A stretch of DNA of 64,000 nt from Thermoplasmata archaeon (lineage in GTDB: Archaea > Thermoplasmatota > Thermoplasmata > UBA10834 > DTMW01). A program made the position numbers and the translations under genes. The stretch covers positions 68,819-132,818 of the forward strand of contig JAWCKK010000003.1 of the NCBI GenBank assembly GCA_038852105.1, given 5' to 3'. Within the stretch, counting starts at the first letter, position 1; the number at the start of each line of letters is the position of its first letter. Under the pieces are notes generated by a model. The model ran no database searches, was not told the origin of the DNA, and saw only the letters and a list, made by a program, of their open reading frames with translations. Positions 39,623 to 50,144 of the stretch are shown here, piece by piece.

Positions 39623-41059
39623 TCACAAATATCTTCTTAGGATGTAGGGGATTTTCTCGGCCACATCGGTCGCAAGCAACCCATAGCCTTTCTCCTGGAA
39701 CGCGAGATCCCCGGCGGCGCCGTTGAGAAAAACAGCCAACCTCGCGGCATGGAATGGCTCCATCCCCTTTGACAAAAGGCATCCGCATATCCCTGAGAGC
39801 ACATCCCCAGTGCCTCCTACGGTCATGGCCTCGTTTCCTGTCTTATTCTTCGTGACTGTCTTCCCATCGGACACGAGGTCTATGCGCCCCTTCACGATGA
39901 TGATGCTGTCCATCTTCCTGGCTGCCTGGCAAACCTGCTCGCCTCTTCTCTCGAGATCCTCGGACAAACGCATCCCAGTGAGTCTTTCGAACTCTCCTTT
40001 ATGAGGCGTGAGCACAACGCTCTTGCCCCTGATAATCCGGGGATTCGCCTTGACAGCATCGAGGGCATCGGCATCTATGACCATCGGGAGCGGACATTGT
40101 CTGATCAATTCCGAAGCTGCATTTCTGCTCTGGTTATCATCGCCCATGCCGGGCCCGATAACCATTGCGTCGCTCTTCTTCCAGAGGTTCTTGATCTTAT
40201 CAATGTCCTGCGGCACCAAGACCTCATCGGACAACGGATGAACAATCAGATTCGGTGAATAACAAGCGACAGGGATTGCGACATGTTTCGGGACGGCGAT
40301 GTGCGCGAGATCGGCACCTGCATACATAGCTCCCATGCCTGCGAGCGCGGGTGCTCCCGTGAACGGCCCTCCTCCAACGACAAGAATCCTGCCATTGTCT
40401 CCCTTGTGAGAGTCCTGTTCTGGCTTGGGGTAATACACGAACTCACCGGGGCCAACATGAGTCTCAGCCTCCGGCGGAATGCCGATGTCTGCGACCACAA
40501 GCTTTCCGCATTTCGCCTTTTCCATACCGATTTTCGGTGCGTGGAAAGTCACAGTCATACGCGCTCGGACCGAGGGTTCTTCAGGCCATCCAGAGGGTAC
40601 GTCCACCGATACGATCGGCTTTCGCGCCTGATTCATTCTCTTGATGAGACTCCTATACGGTTCTCTTATCTTGCCCCTGACGCCCACTCCCAGAAGTGCA
40701 TCAACTATTACATCCCACTCGTTCGGCCTGAACTCCGATGCTGGTCGAGAAAGGTTTCTGACTTTCTCGAAGTTCAATTTCGCTATCTCGGTAGAAATCT
40801 CCTGCTCTGGCTCGGCGATGAAGACAGCCACATCAAGGCCCTCTGAGGCGAGGTGTCTGGCAGCGACGAATCCATCTCCACCATTGTTTCCCCGCCCGCA
40901 CACCACGGCTATCTTGGACGCCCCCTTGAACTCTCGCCGGAGGTTTCTTGCGACCGCGATACCCGCGTTCTCCATCAATTTCAATGTTGGGACTCCGAGG
41001 TATGCGGAGTTGGTGTCTAATACTTTCACTTCATCCGTCGATATTGCTCTTTTCGCCAC
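39623..41059 (-). CDS. nnr: Bifunctional NAD(P)H-hydrate repair enzyme Nnr (epimerase + ADP-dependent dehydratase)
   Basis: YjeF-N domain (VVCGRGNNGGDGFV) and C-terminal carbohydrate-kinase-like domain (GGTGDVLSG). Confidence 0.85.
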   Translation of the reverse strand: MAKRAISTDEVKVLDTNSAYLGVPTLKLMENAGIAVARNLRREFKGASKIAVVCGRGNNGGDGFVAARHLASEGLDVAVFIAEPEQEISTEIAKLNFEKVRNLSRPASEFRPNEWDVIVDALLGVGVRGKIREPYRSLIKRMNQARKPIVSVDVPSGWPEEPSVRARMTVTFHAPKIGMEKAKCGKLVVADIGIPPEAETHVGPGEFVYYPKPEQDSHKGDNGRILVVGGGPFTGAPALAGMGAMYAGADLAHIAVPKHVAIPVACYSPNLIVHPLSDEVLVPQDIDKIKNLWKKSDAMVIGPGMGDDNQSRNAASELIRQCPLPMVIDADALDAVKANPRIIRGKSVVLTPHKGEFERLTGMRLSEDLERRGEQVCQAARKMDSIIIVKGRIDLVSDGKTVTKNKTGNEAMTVGGTGDVLSGICGCLLSKGMEPFHAARLAVFLNGAAGDLAFQEKGYGLLATDVAEKIPYILRRYL

Positions 41060-41200
41060 GGAACTCGGAATCAGGGTGAGCGGACTTAAACCTTTCTTGA
41101 TGTTACTGGCTCTAATATTTATTGTTATTTATCGAAATCCGAGCCGAAAAGTTGAATAGGCAAGACCGTTCTCAGAATACAGGGCAGGTGCGACGGAAGA

Positions 41201-41494
41201 GTGACTGAAATCAAGCGATTGGTTCTTGACGTGCTCAAGCCTCATCACCCGACTGTTATCGAGCTTTCCCGGAGACTGAGTGATTTGAAGGGGATATCCG
41301 GGGTTACCTGCACTTTGCAGGAAGTCGACCGCGAGACCGAGAGCATCAAGCTTACAATAGAGGGTCTGAACATCGAGGTCGATAAGGTCGAGGAGATTGT
41401 GGCTGAATGCGGGGCCGTGATTCATTCCATCGATAGCGTCTCCGCGGGCAAGAAAATCGTGGAAGAAGTCGAGACTCCTCAAGATCACTATTGA
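41201..41494 (+). CDS. DUF211 (COG1888) family protein
   Basis: VLDVLKPHHP motif typical of DUF211; 97 aa; GTG start. Confidence 0.55.
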   Translation: MTEIKRLVLDVLKPHHPTVIELSRRLSDLKGISGVTCTLQEVDRETESIKLTIEGLNIEVDKVEEIVAECGAVIHSIDSVSAGKKIVEEVETPQDHY

Positions 41495-41523
41495 CGCTCA
41501 GACAACCGGACGATGTCGAAGCC

Positions 41524-41814
41524 TCATTTCTTCAATCGGCTTCCGATGGCCTCTATCAGCTCGGATTTCGGCATGTCCGTGGCGACAAGTATCCTGCCTT
41601 CGCTCTCCCACCAGCGAGCCGGATGCTTCTTGTCCCTCTCGATTTCGAACTTCAAGTTCATCGATCTGAGGACCTGAGATATCCGCTCCAAGTCAGGTTT
41701 CTCGATGCAGCATGACTTCTTGATTCTTCTGCCATTGTCTCTGGACAAGCGAGAATCGAAATAAGATGGCCAAATGACCTTCCGCTTATCCCGCTCACGG
41801 GCCAGATCAATCAC
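41524..41814 (-). CDS. srp19: Signal recognition particle protein SRP19
   Basis: VIWPSYFDS motif; 96 aa. Confidence 0.85.
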   Translation of the reverse strand: MIDLARERDKRKVIWPSYFDSRLSRDNGRRIKKSCCIEKPDLERISQVLRSMNLKFEIERDKKHPARWWESEGRILVATDMPKSELIEAIGSRLKK

Positions 41815-41851
41815 CCTCTCGCAAGCATCGAGGTGGTATCAGGCAATCTCT

Positions 41852-42241
41852 TCATTTTTTCTTGCTGATGAGCCTGGCGTTTACTATGCCGTCTTGCCCG
41901 GGTCGAGATGTGACCAAAGCATCGCCCAGGTCAGTACCTATGACAGCGCTCTTAGTAATGATGTTGCGCTGTACATAGTTCGGGTTCGACGGGTTCTCCT
42001 TCACTGTAAGTATCTTTGCCTTCACTGTCTTCTTCTCGTCGGGGATGTAGAGATTGCAGATACTTGCGGCCAAAACCCTGCTCTTGACATGCCCTCCGCG
42101 TATCCTGTGAGGAAGCGTCTTCTGTTCGCCCAGATTGGTGAGCTGTTTCTCCCCGCCTATCTCGGACCTCCTCTTCCCTCTCGCCGGACGTATTCTGCCG
42201 CCGGTGATTTTCCTGTTGGAGTTGCCTTGCCAAAGCGCCAT
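41852..42241 (-). CDS. rps8e: 30S ribosomal protein eS8
   Basis: MALWQGNSNRKITGGRIRPARGKR N-terminus. Confidence 0.9.
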   Translation of the reverse strand: MALWQGNSNRKITGGRIRPARGKRRSEIGGEKQLTNLGEQKTLPHRIRGGHVKSRVLAASICNLYIPDEKKTVKAKILTVKENPSNPNYVQRNIITKSAVIGTDLGDALVTSRPGQDGIVNARLISKKK

Positions 42242-42282
42242 TGCCTTCTCTCCGCTTGGAGCGGTCTAAAACTGGCTTGATA

Positions 42283-42936
42283 TTAAAGGTTTTGCCGGAA
42301 TCCGCGGATGTCCGTTATCCTCGCCTCGATCTTTCCGTCGATATCCGCCAGGATGCAGAAGCCATCCTTAAGTGTGCCCGGGTTGATAAAAATCGTCCCG
42401 TCCTTCTCGACGATTCCGCGCGCCTCATGGACGTGCCCAGAGGCAACGAGCCTTGGATGATGCTTCGAGACCAGCTTCGCGATGGCTCTGCTCCCCAATC
42501 TTTTTCCGCTGCGGGTCAGGTCATTTATTCCGTAGGGCGGCGCGTGTGTTACGAGTATGCAATCATCCACAATTACGCGCGAAAGCTCCTGTTCTATGTC
42601 TGCTTCGGACATTTCAAGAGGGGTGGACATGCTGCAAACCGGTGCTCCGCCGATTCCGACGAAATCCACGCCGTCAATAGGGACGCGTCTAAGATGTAAC
42701 GATATGCAATTACTTTCTATCGCCCTGGCAACATCCTCAGGATCGCAGTTGCCCGGGATCGCAGCACATCTGGTGTTCAGGTTCCTCAAGATTGTGCTCG
42801 CCGCAGACGCGGGTCCGAAAGTCGTGATATCGCCGCAGATCACTATCAGGTCCAATTTCATGTTCGAGTCGATACACTCGAGATACCTCACCGCGGATTG
42901 GTCGCCATGAATATCAGATACAAAGCAGACTTTCAT
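42283..42936 (-). CDS. Metallophosphoesterase
   Basis: Motifs SDIHGD, GDITTFG and GHVHEARG. Confidence 0.75.
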   Translation of the reverse strand: MKVCFVSDIHGDQSAVRYLECIDSNMKLDLIVICGDITTFGPASAASTILRNLNTRCAAIPGNCDPEDVARAIESNCISLHLRRVPIDGVDFVGIGGAPVCSMSTPLEMSEADIEQELSRVIVDDCILVTHAPPYGINDLTRSGKRLGSRAIAKLVSKHHPRLVASGHVHEARGIVEKDGTIFINPGTLKDGFCILADIDGKIEARITDIRGFRQNL

Positions 42937-42948
42937 ACCGATTGCTCC

Positions 42949-43866
42949 TTAGATTATCCAGGATGCATCAAGGCCAAAGATGAGCAGGTATCCTATAAGG
43001 AAGCCTATTATCGTCCCAGCGTTCAACAATGGCAAGCCTGCCTGAGGCTTCCCCCTCATGACTATCCCCATGAGAACGAGAAGGCCGATGACTCCGCCAA
43101 TTATTGCCATCATGGCTACCACAAGGTTCGCAGGCAAGCCTATCGCAGTCATGTTATCGCCTAGGAACCAAAATGCGGATGCAGGCAATAGCCCGGGTAT
43201 GATGATATCCCCGAGACCCACCAGGAACGCCTCTCGTTCCTTTTTCCCGCCTTCCTGAATCTTTGGCTTATTATCAATGAACGAGTAAGGGAGCTTTTTC
43301 GGGATAATGAGGAGCAGCGGAAGACCCATATCGACAACGCCGTCTGCGAGCTTCAACATATGCTTAGTCTTGTATACTGATAGCGCGTCATAGATGGCCA
43401 ACGCGATCAGCAGGATAAGAACTGGCAAAATTCCCAAGGAAATCCCGAGCAGGGCGACGATTCCCACGGCCATTACGAGTCCGATCGTGTCAATCAGATA
43501 CCATTCGGGCTTCTTGTAGAGCGCTGCTACAGAAGCGATCCCAAATACGAGACCAAGAATCATCCACATATCCGGGTTGTCGATTACCAATCTGGCCAAG
43601 ACAGTTGTGACGAAGAATATGACGAACCCAATCGAGACGAAAAAGATGGCTTTGAGCAATTTCTCGAGGTCGAACTTGATCAGTATGAGGAACAGTAATG
43701 TGAATCCGAGCAATAGCAGCAGATAATAGACGGCTATCCAGGGGTCGTCGGGATTTGGAAATGCCTGATCTGCAGTGGTGAGCGCGATTGACATGAATAA
43801 CAGTGACAATAACTGGACGGCGACGAACGCGGCTGCGATAACCAAAATGCTCTTAGGATATTTCAT
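42949..43866 (-). CDS. Presenilin/signal-peptide-peptidase-like intramembrane aspartyl protease (A22 family) candidate
   Basis: Nine predicted TM helices. Has a YD motif (LAIYDALSVY), a GxGD motif (LVGLGDIIIPG) and a PAL-like motif (GLPANL), in the expected order. Confidence 0.5.
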   Translation of the reverse strand: MKYPKSILVIAAAFVAVQLLSLLFMSIALTTADQAFPNPDDPWIAVYYLLLLLGFTLLFLILIKFDLEKLLKAIFFVSIGFVIFFVTTVLARLVIDNPDMWMILGLVFGIASVAALYKKPEWYLIDTIGLVMAVGIVALLGISLGILPVLILLIALAIYDALSVYKTKHMLKLADGVVDMGLPLLLIIPKKLPYSFIDNKPKIQEGGKKEREAFLVGLGDIIIPGLLPASAFWFLGDNMTAIGLPANLVVAMMAIIGGVIGLLVLMGIVMRGKPQAGLPLLNAGTIIGFLIGYLLIFGLDASWII

Positions 43867-43884
43867 GCTGTCACTACGAGTTCT

Positions 43885-44508
43885 TCATGCGACGACCGTT
43901 CCGAAGGCCGTCTTGCCGGAGATTTTCACGATCTTCACCTTGACCTGTATGCCCTTCGTCGTGCCAGGAACGTAAATAATATAATCCCCGTTCCTAGCGA
44001 TCCCGTCTCCCCTTTTCCCGATATCCTCTATCTGAAGCTCGTATATCTCTCCTTCCTTGAGTTCGGATGTCTCCTGTTTGCCGGCCTTCCTGACTCTGAC
44101 GGGCCTGTGCGCGCCACAGGTCTCGCAGACGAGAATCTGAACCCTGCCGTCTTTGACAATCCTTGTATCTGGCCTGTCGCACTCGGTGCATATGACATAC
44201 TCATCGATGTATCTCTGGAGCCTGTCGGCTATCTGCGAAACAGGGACGCTGCCTTTCAACAAGACCCTCTTTCCGTCAATCGTCCCGGCGGTCCCGAGCT
44301 CCCTCAGGAGGTAGCCGAACATGTGTTGGGGCTCTCTCCTGATGATGTCCGCGATATCTCCGAAGTTCCTTATCACGGTCGTCTTGCCTTCGAGAAGAAC
44401 GTCTGGTTCCGGGATTTTGAGCCGTTCGTGCACCTCTGTCTCGTGCGGCAGTTTCTCCTTCGCGCGGTCGAGGAGTTTGGCATAATCCTTCAAATCGTCC
44501 TCTGCCAT
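43885..44508 (-). CDS. eif2b: Translation initiation factor aIF2 subunit beta fused to a C-terminal TRAM domain
   Basis: aIF2-beta core with zinc ribbon CTECD...CETCG, then a linker, then a TRAM-like domain of about 60 aa (YELQIEDIGKRGDGIARNGDYIIYVPGTTKGIQVKVKIVKISGKTAFGTVV). Start at the internal ATG, 30 nt downstream of a TATA box. Confidence 0.75.
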   Translation of the reverse strand: MAEDDLKDYAKLLDRAKEKLPHETEVHERLKIPEPDVLLEGKTTVIRNFGDIADIIRREPQHMFGYLLRELGTAGTIDGKRVLLKGSVPVSQIADRLQRYIDEYVICTECDRPDTRIVKDGRVQILVCETCGAHRPVRVRKAGKQETSELKEGEIYELQIEDIGKRGDGIARNGDYIIYVPGTTKGIQVKVKIVKISGKTAFGTVVA

Positions 44509-44533
44509 ATATTCGAGCCTATGCCGAGCACCC

Positions 44534-44541
44534 TTATAAAA
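44534..44541 (-). promoter_or_regulatory. TATA box (attttataa on the minus strand) for a leaderless aIF2-beta transcript
   Basis: It lies 27-30 nt upstream of the ATG at 44508 on the minus strand. Confidence 0.4.
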
Positions 44542-44785
44542 TCTGCCAAGGTCCGTCCATCTCAAGTCATGTGGCGGAAGCTGCGACGCCTCGAAAATTG
44601 CATGATTCTCCGATTCGATTTCGGATTGAATCCTCCATGTGAAAATTTTAATCCGATTAGAATGATAGGGCTAACCTCAGTATAGTTTCTTAATCGAGGA
44701 CTGAACGAAGTTGGTCAGCAGGATCAAGAACGGCTCGAGCATCGAACGTGCGCACGAATCGAACGATTCCCCAAAGTCAGATTCC

Positions 44786-47700
44786 ATGATGGATAAAGAA
44801 CGCGATCTTGTCATAATAGGCAACTCATCCTTTCAGATAGAGTCCATAAATGCGCCCGCATTGGAATTGCTCGGGGAGATAGTGGGAAGGGAATGCTACT
44901 CGGCACTCAGGGGACGGACCTCTCCGTGCGAAGATTGCCCGTTCTCGGCTGCACACGTTTCGGATCGCAATTATTCCCTCGTCTACAGCCTGAGGCTTCC
45001 GGGCGACTCGAATATCTGTTTCACAGAGGTCATCATATCCGCTGACCCTCTTCGATGGGTCGCGATAGGCAGAAAGGAATCCCCAAGAAGAGAAGAACCG
45101 ATTTCCTTATCGGAGTTATCGTCGTCGTTCGATGCAATGGGAGACGGTGTTTGCCTGCTCGATCCCACTGGGAAGATTATCGATTCTAACGCCGCACTCA
45201 ATAGAATCTATGGCTTTTCCGAAGGGGAGATAATCGGCGCGGATTTCACATTGCTACTGCCAGAGGAGCGGCGTTCGAAGCTGTTCATCGAGCTTTCCAA
45301 CGAATTGAAGAACGGCCGAACCGAGCGGGTCATGCTCGCGCGCAGGAAGGACAATAGCGAATTCTGGGCATGGCTGAAAATCGCACAGGTCAGGAGCCGA
45401 GAGGGCACCCTTCTGGGATATCTTGGCACGGTCAGAGATATCACCAATTTCCAGATGAACCGGATACAGCTCGAAGACGAGGTCGTACGGCTGGAAAAAC
45501 AACTTGAGAACGGGATGCTCGAATTGACGAAGAGGATGGACCAGCTGAGGATATTGCAGGAGCTCGGGAAAAGAGTGGCTCTAAGCAAGAACGAGGAGGA
45601 GATAGCCAGCAGCGCGGCTCATGCGATAGTCGACACTTTGAATTACACTGCGGCAGGGATAGTCTTCATGTCCGGATCTCCCGACAAGAGGACTTTCCAG
45701 TTGCTCGGAAGCCACGCGAGAATAGCGCCCGGAAAGTACGGCAAGCGGATAAACGAACAACCCATCCTGAAAGCGATAAAGAGCAAGGCCCCAGTTATAG
45801 AACGCTATCCGCGGGACGTGCTTTCGGTCGGTGCGCTGGCAAGGTCAGAGCTGGTCGTCCCATTGATAAGCCAGGATAGAATCTTCGGAGCGATTGTGAT
45901 AGCAGATGCCAAGGAGGACAGGTTCAACCCGGACGACGTATCAATAGCATCCTCCGTGGCAGATATCGTATCGATTTCCTTGACGAACACGGTGACAAAC
46001 CGTCAGCTTCAGGACAGGACGCAAGCGCTGAACCTGCTGGACGAGGTGACTCTGCAAGCGATATCAACGATGGATGTCGGCGGGATATTGTCCGAGACCG
46101 CTCAACGGATAAACAGGATCCTGGGAACGCAATCCTGCCTTATCGGGATGGTGTCCTCTGATGGTGGCGTCGATTGGATGGCCATAGAGGGAGCGGAGGA
46201 ATTCGCGGACGAGCTGAGGCGCAGAAGGTATCACGACGACTATATGAAAAGGATAATCGAGGCCGGCTCGGTCTTCTATACGAACGACTATTCGTTCAAG
46301 CCGAGCCCTCTGATTCAGGACAGCCTGAGCCTGTTGATCAATTCTTTTCTCGTCTCCCCTATCCGTTTAATGGGCGCAACGATTGGCGTTATCGTCCTGA
46401 TAAACAAACAATCCCCGTCAGGATTCACCGATCAGGACGCCTCGCTGGTCCAGAACTTTTCGGATCATCTCGCCGTCCTGATACACAACGCTGAGACAAT
46501 GGCCTCCTTGAATTACTCGCTCAGGACAATGAAATCCCTTCTCAGGACGACCTTCGATCTTCAGGTGGCCGCAGGTGTCTCAGATATCTATCAGAAGGTC
46601 TCCGACATGCTCCTCGAGGTCGTGCCGTACGATGCCGCGCGCTTCTACGCAATTCGGGAGGAGGGATTGAAGGCGGTCCTGAGCAGGAATCTGGGGGAGA
46701 AAATCGAGCTCTCCATCGCTGAGGATCGCGTGCTCGATTCAGTCGCAAAGGCCCTGACAGAACTGAGAGGCTTCCGGGAGACGCATTCCGTCAAGAAATC
46801 GGAAAGCGAGCAAGAACAGATGATATCGATTCTGACAATACCATTGATTGGCAGGGAGGATGCGATTGGCGCCATTGTCATCGCGAGATCCGCCGAGAAG
46901 GGCTTCTCGGACCAGGACATAGAGGTTGCAACGCTTTTCGCGAACCACGCGGCAATAGCTCTCGAGAATGCCAGGTTGCTGGCGAAGGAGAAGGAGATGC
47001 TCAACGAAAGTCTGGCAAGGATCCGGCATCTTGAAAGCATCCTCGACCTGAGCACATCGGTCATTTCGATGGGGCGCGGTGGAGGAGCCGTAAACCGGAT
47101 TCTATCTGGAGTCTCATCCATATTAGGCTTCTCAAAGTGCCTAATACTCTCTAAGACCGAGCATGGCGACGACATGGTTTGCTCCGGAAGCATCGGATTC
47201 GGCGAGACGGAAAGCAGGAAAATATGCGAGCCCAGTTTCTCGACGAAAGATATGATCCGTTTGCTGGAGAATCTCGGTACGCGCCTGGGCGACAGGGTAT
47301 ATCATATCTCGGGCACACCGACGGCGGATCCGATGAAGGACGAATCCTCGGTCCAGTTCGCGTACAAGGCGTTCCGCGAGCTGATGATATCTTCGTCGGT
47401 CGAGAAGTTCTTCTATCGGATGGACGACGCCAATGGGAATATGAACGGCGTTATGATTTTCACCGAAGGGCCGGAGGGCATAGCGAACTCGAAAGGAATG
47501 ATAGGATTGCTGGAAATATACGGCAATCTTGCCTCGATTGCGATGAGCAATGAGCGTTTGCTGAACGGGGAAATCAGAGCTCGGTCGGAGATAGAGGCGT
47601 TGAATGATCTCATGACGCACGATATCAACAACTTCACGCAAGGAGTGCTCGGTTATCTCGAGATAATCTCGATGGCCGGGGAGTCGGACGATAAAATCAA

Positions 47701-48442
47701 AGATTATTCCGCGAAGGCTATCGAACAGGTCGAGAACACGAAGCACCTAATCGAGAACGTCCGAAGGCTGGCAGAGATAAGGGCATCCGGTAGCGAAGGA
47801 GTCGCGAGCCACGATATCGCGGCAGTAATCGATGCCTCGCTCCAGAACATCAAGAGCGAGTATCCGAACAAGATTGTCAAGTTCAACTCCGATGTCACCT
47901 ACGGGAAGATATTCATCCCCGGAGACAAGCACGTGAAGGATCTCTTCTCGAACTTGTTCTCGAATGCAATCAAGTTCACCCCATCTGCCGAAGTGATCAT
48001 CGACCTGAATGTCTCCAGCCATTCTGAATTCGGCAAGGACTACTGGCGCATAGAGATAATCGACCATGGGCGTGGCATTCCCGACGAAAAGAAGCAGAAA
48101 GTGCTTGAAAGGTTCAGCTCGACGGGAAAGGACGAGGCTCGACCTTACGGTTTCGGCATTGGCCTCACAATCGTAAAGAACTTGGTGATAAAATACGGCG
48201 GCCGGATATGGATCGAGAACCGCGTTTCTTCCGATTACCGGAAAGGCACGAAATTCGTCCTGCTGCTACCAAAGGCAAAGCCTCTGATTGAAGAACAGAA
48301 AACCCCTCAAAAGGAGCCTGTCAGGAAGAGTGTCAAGACGAGGAAGATGAAGCAGAGACCAGTGGTCTCTAAGGAGCCCTCTTTCCAGCGTGTGCTACGG
48401 CAGCCTCGACAAGGCCGAAGTGGAGGCGAGAAGGCTTCCTAG
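44786..48442 (+). CDS. Large multidomain sensor histidine kinase (Cys4 motif, PAS, several GAF domains, HisKA, HATPase_c, basic tail)
   Basis: [17 protein letters not shown] near the N-terminus and a PAS domain ([17 protein letters not shown]). At least three GAF-like blocks follow, then HisKA ([11 protein letters not shown]) and HATPase ([11 protein letters not shown]...GFGIGL). The K/R-rich C-terminal 60 aa overlaps the convergent pyrG. Confidence 0.8.
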   Translation: MMDKERDLVIIGNSSFQIESINAPALELLGEIVGRECYSALRGRTSPCEDCPFSAAHVSDRNYSLVYSLRLPGDSNICFTEVIISADPLRWVAIGRKESPRREEPISLSELSSSFDAMGDGVCLLDPTGKIIDSNAALNRIYGFSEGEIIGADFTLLLPEERRSKLFIELSNELKNGRTERVMLARRKDNSEFWAWLKIAQVRSREGTLLGYLGTVRDITNFQMNRIQLEDEVVRLEKQLENGMLELTKRMDQLRILQELGKRVALSKNEEEIASSAAHAIVDTLNYTAAGIVFMSGSPDKRTFQLLGSHARIAPGKYGKRINEQPILKAIKSKAPVIERYPRDVLSVGALARSELVVPLISQDRIFGAIVIADAKEDRFNPDDVSIASSVADIVSISLTNTVTNRQLQDRTQALNLLDEVTLQAISTMDVGGILSETAQRINRILGTQSCLIGMVSSDGGVDWMAIEGAEEFADELRRRRYHDDYMKRIIEAGSVFYTNDYSFKPSPLIQDSLSLLINSFLVSPIRLMGATIGVIVLINKQSPSGFTDQDASLVQNFSDHLAVLIHNAETMASLNYSLRTMKSLLRTTFDLQVAAGVSDIYQKVSDMLLEVVPYDAARFYAIREEGLKAVLSRNLGEKIELSIAEDRVLDSVAKALTELRGFRETHSVKKSESEQEQMISILTIPLIGREDAIGAIVIARSAEKGFSDQDIEVATLFANHAAIALENARLLAKEKEMLNESLARIRHLESILDLSTSVISMGRGGGAVNRILSGVSSILGFSKCLILSKTEHGDDMVCSGSIGFGETESRKICEPSFSTKDMIRLLENLGTRLGDRVYHISGTPTADPMKDESSVQFAYKAFRELMISSSVEKFFYRMDDANGNMNGVMIFTEGPEGIANSKGMIGLLEIYGNLASIAMSNERLLNGEIRARSEIEALNDLMTHDINNFTQGVLGYLEIISMAGESDDKIKDYSAKAIEQVENTKHLIENVRRLAEIRASGSEGVASHDIAAVIDASLQNIKSEYPNKIVKFNSDVTYGKIFIPGDKHVKDLFSNLFSNAIKFTPSAEVIIDLNVSSHSEFGKDYWRIEIIDHGRGIPDEKKQKVLERFSSTGKDEARPYGFGIGLTIVKNLVIKYGGRIWIENRVSSDYRKGTKFVLLLPKAKPLIEEQKTPQKEPVRKSVKTRKMKQRPVVSKEPSFQRVLRQPRQGRSGGEKAS

Positions 48443-49985
48443 GCCTGGACTTGAATTCCGGGTGGAATTGCGATGCGACGAAGAACGTCTTCTCCGGTAT
48501 CTCCAAAATTTCCATTCTCCTTCCGTCCGGGGACCTGCCCGTGTATTTCAAACCGGCCTCCTCGATTTTCTCGATGTAATCCGGATTGATTTCGTACCTG
48601 TGCCGATGTCTTTCGGAAATCTCCGTGACCCCGTAGAGTCTGTGCGCGGTCGTTCCCGATTGAATCATCACGGGCTGTGCTCCGAGCCTCATCGTGGCGC
48701 CCTTCCTTTCGAGCCCTCTCTGCTCGGGCAGCAGATCGACAACAGGATAAGGTGTGTTGGGGTCGAACTCCGTGCTGTTCGCGCCGTCGAATCCTAATAC
48801 ATTCCTGCAGAACTCGATAGTGGCGATTTGAAATCCCAGGCAGACACCAAGGAACGGTATATCGTTCTCCCTTGCGTATCTGGCAGCAAGTATTTTCCCC
48901 TCAATGCCTCTTGAGCCGAATCCTCCAGGTATTAGAATTCCATCTACTCTGTTTAATTTCTCGATCTGCTCTCCTCTTTCGAGATCCTCCGATTCTATGC
49001 ATTCGAATCTTATCGCCGTATCGAGTTCCGCCGCAGCGTGTTTCAGAGCTTCGAAATGGCTGATGTACGAGTCCATCAGATCCATGTATTTCCCGACCAG
49101 ACAAATGGTCACGGACTTCGATGGGCTCTTCAAGCGCGACAGGAAATCCTTCCAGTCTGCGAGACCGCCGTCGGGCGGTGATAGGTTCATCTTCTTCAGT
49201 AGGTACGTCGTCATATTCTGCTCTTCGAACAGGACCGGGACCTCGTATATCGTCTTCGCATTCGGAGCGCTTATTACTGCTTCAAGAGGCACATCGCAGA
49301 ACAGCGAAATCTTCTTCCGCGTCGCGGGTTCCAATGGTTTTTCCGCCCTTGCCACGATGATATCAGGCTGCACGCCCAGCGCACGAAGCTCCTTGACGGA
49401 GTGCTGCGTAGGCTTCGTCTTCTGCTCCCCCACGGCGCTGACAATCGGCACGAGCGTCGTGTGCACGAATATGCAGTTCTCGTCGCCGACTTCGCTATGG
49501 AGTTGTCTTATCGCCTCGACGTAAGGCATTGACTCGATGTCACCGATGGTGCCTCCGAGCTCGACGAGGCATACATCCGCCCCGGATTGATGCGCGACGC
49601 TCCTGATCCTGTCCTTTATCTCATTCGTGATGTGCGGGATGATTTGAACCGTCTTGCCAAGGAAATGCCCGATCCTTTCCTTTTCAATCACAGCACCGTA
49701 TATCTTGCCCGTGGTAATGTTATGATCTCGTGTCAGGCTTACATCCAGAAATCTCTCGTAATGTCCGAGATCGAGGTCGACCTCTCCGCCGTCATCCAGA
49801 ACAAAAACTTCGCCGTGTTCGAAAGGATTCAATGTGCCGGCATCGAAGTTCAAATACGGGTCTATTTTGATGGCTGTGACATTCAATCCTCGCGATTTCA
49901 ACAGCCTGCCAATGGAAGATGCCGTTATCCCCTTCCCGAGCCCAGAAATGACGCCTCCCGTGACAATGATGTATTTCATGTACAT
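48369..49985 (-). CDS. pyrG: CTP synthase
   Basis: N-terminal synthetase domain ([16 protein letters not shown]) and C-terminal GATase domain with GVCLGFQ. Confidence 0.95.
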   Translation of the reverse strand: MYMKYIIVTGGVISGLGKGITASSIGRLLKSRGLNVTAIKIDPYLNFDAGTLNPFEHGEVFVLDDGGEVDLDLGHYERFLDVSLTRDHNITTGKIYGAVIEKERIGHFLGKTVQIIPHITNEIKDRIRSVAHQSGADVCLVELGGTIGDIESMPYVEAIRQLHSEVGDENCIFVHTTLVPIVSAVGEQKTKPTQHSVKELRALGVQPDIIVARAEKPLEPATRKKISLFCDVPLEAVISAPNAKTIYEVPVLFEEQNMTTYLLKKMNLSPPDGGLADWKDFLSRLKSPSKSVTICLVGKYMDLMDSYISHFEALKHAAAELDTAIRFECIESEDLERGEQIEKLNRVDGILIPGGFGSRGIEGKILAARYARENDIPFLGVCLGFQIATIEFCRNVLGFDGANSTEFDPNTPYPVVDLLPEQRGLERKGATMRLGAQPVMIQSGTTAHRLYGVTEISERHRHRYEINPDYIEKIEEAGLKYTGRSPDGRRMEILEIPEKTFFVASQFHPEFKSRPRKPSRLHFGLVEAAVAHAGKRAP

Positions 49986-50127
49986 CCCACGGGGATTTCA
50001 CAATACGCTTTCGTTGTATAAATCTTTGGTATGCAAAGTGTGGCGATGAATAGGAATTTTAATCTATCACATAATTGAATTCAATTCTGGAAAAAGTCAA
50101 CCTTGAGCGATTCCTTTGGATTGATTC

Positions 50128-50135
50128 AAGGAGGA
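50128..50135 (+). promoter_or_regulatory. Shine-Dalgarno-like AAGGAGGA 9 nt upstream of the first Kelch gene's ATG
   Basis: Seen directly; TATA-like tgtataaatc at about 50018 and ttttaatc at about 50060. Confidence 0.4.
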
Positions 50136-50144
50136 TTGAATAAA

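Noticed and set aside
39465-39788. 107-aa minus-strand ORF that could supply an ATG start for the second metallophosphoesterase
   Set aside because: It is in a different frame and has an Arg/Ser-rich sequence with no phosphoesterase motifs. The in-frame upstream sequence of the metallophosphoesterase gene encodes the conserved motif directly.
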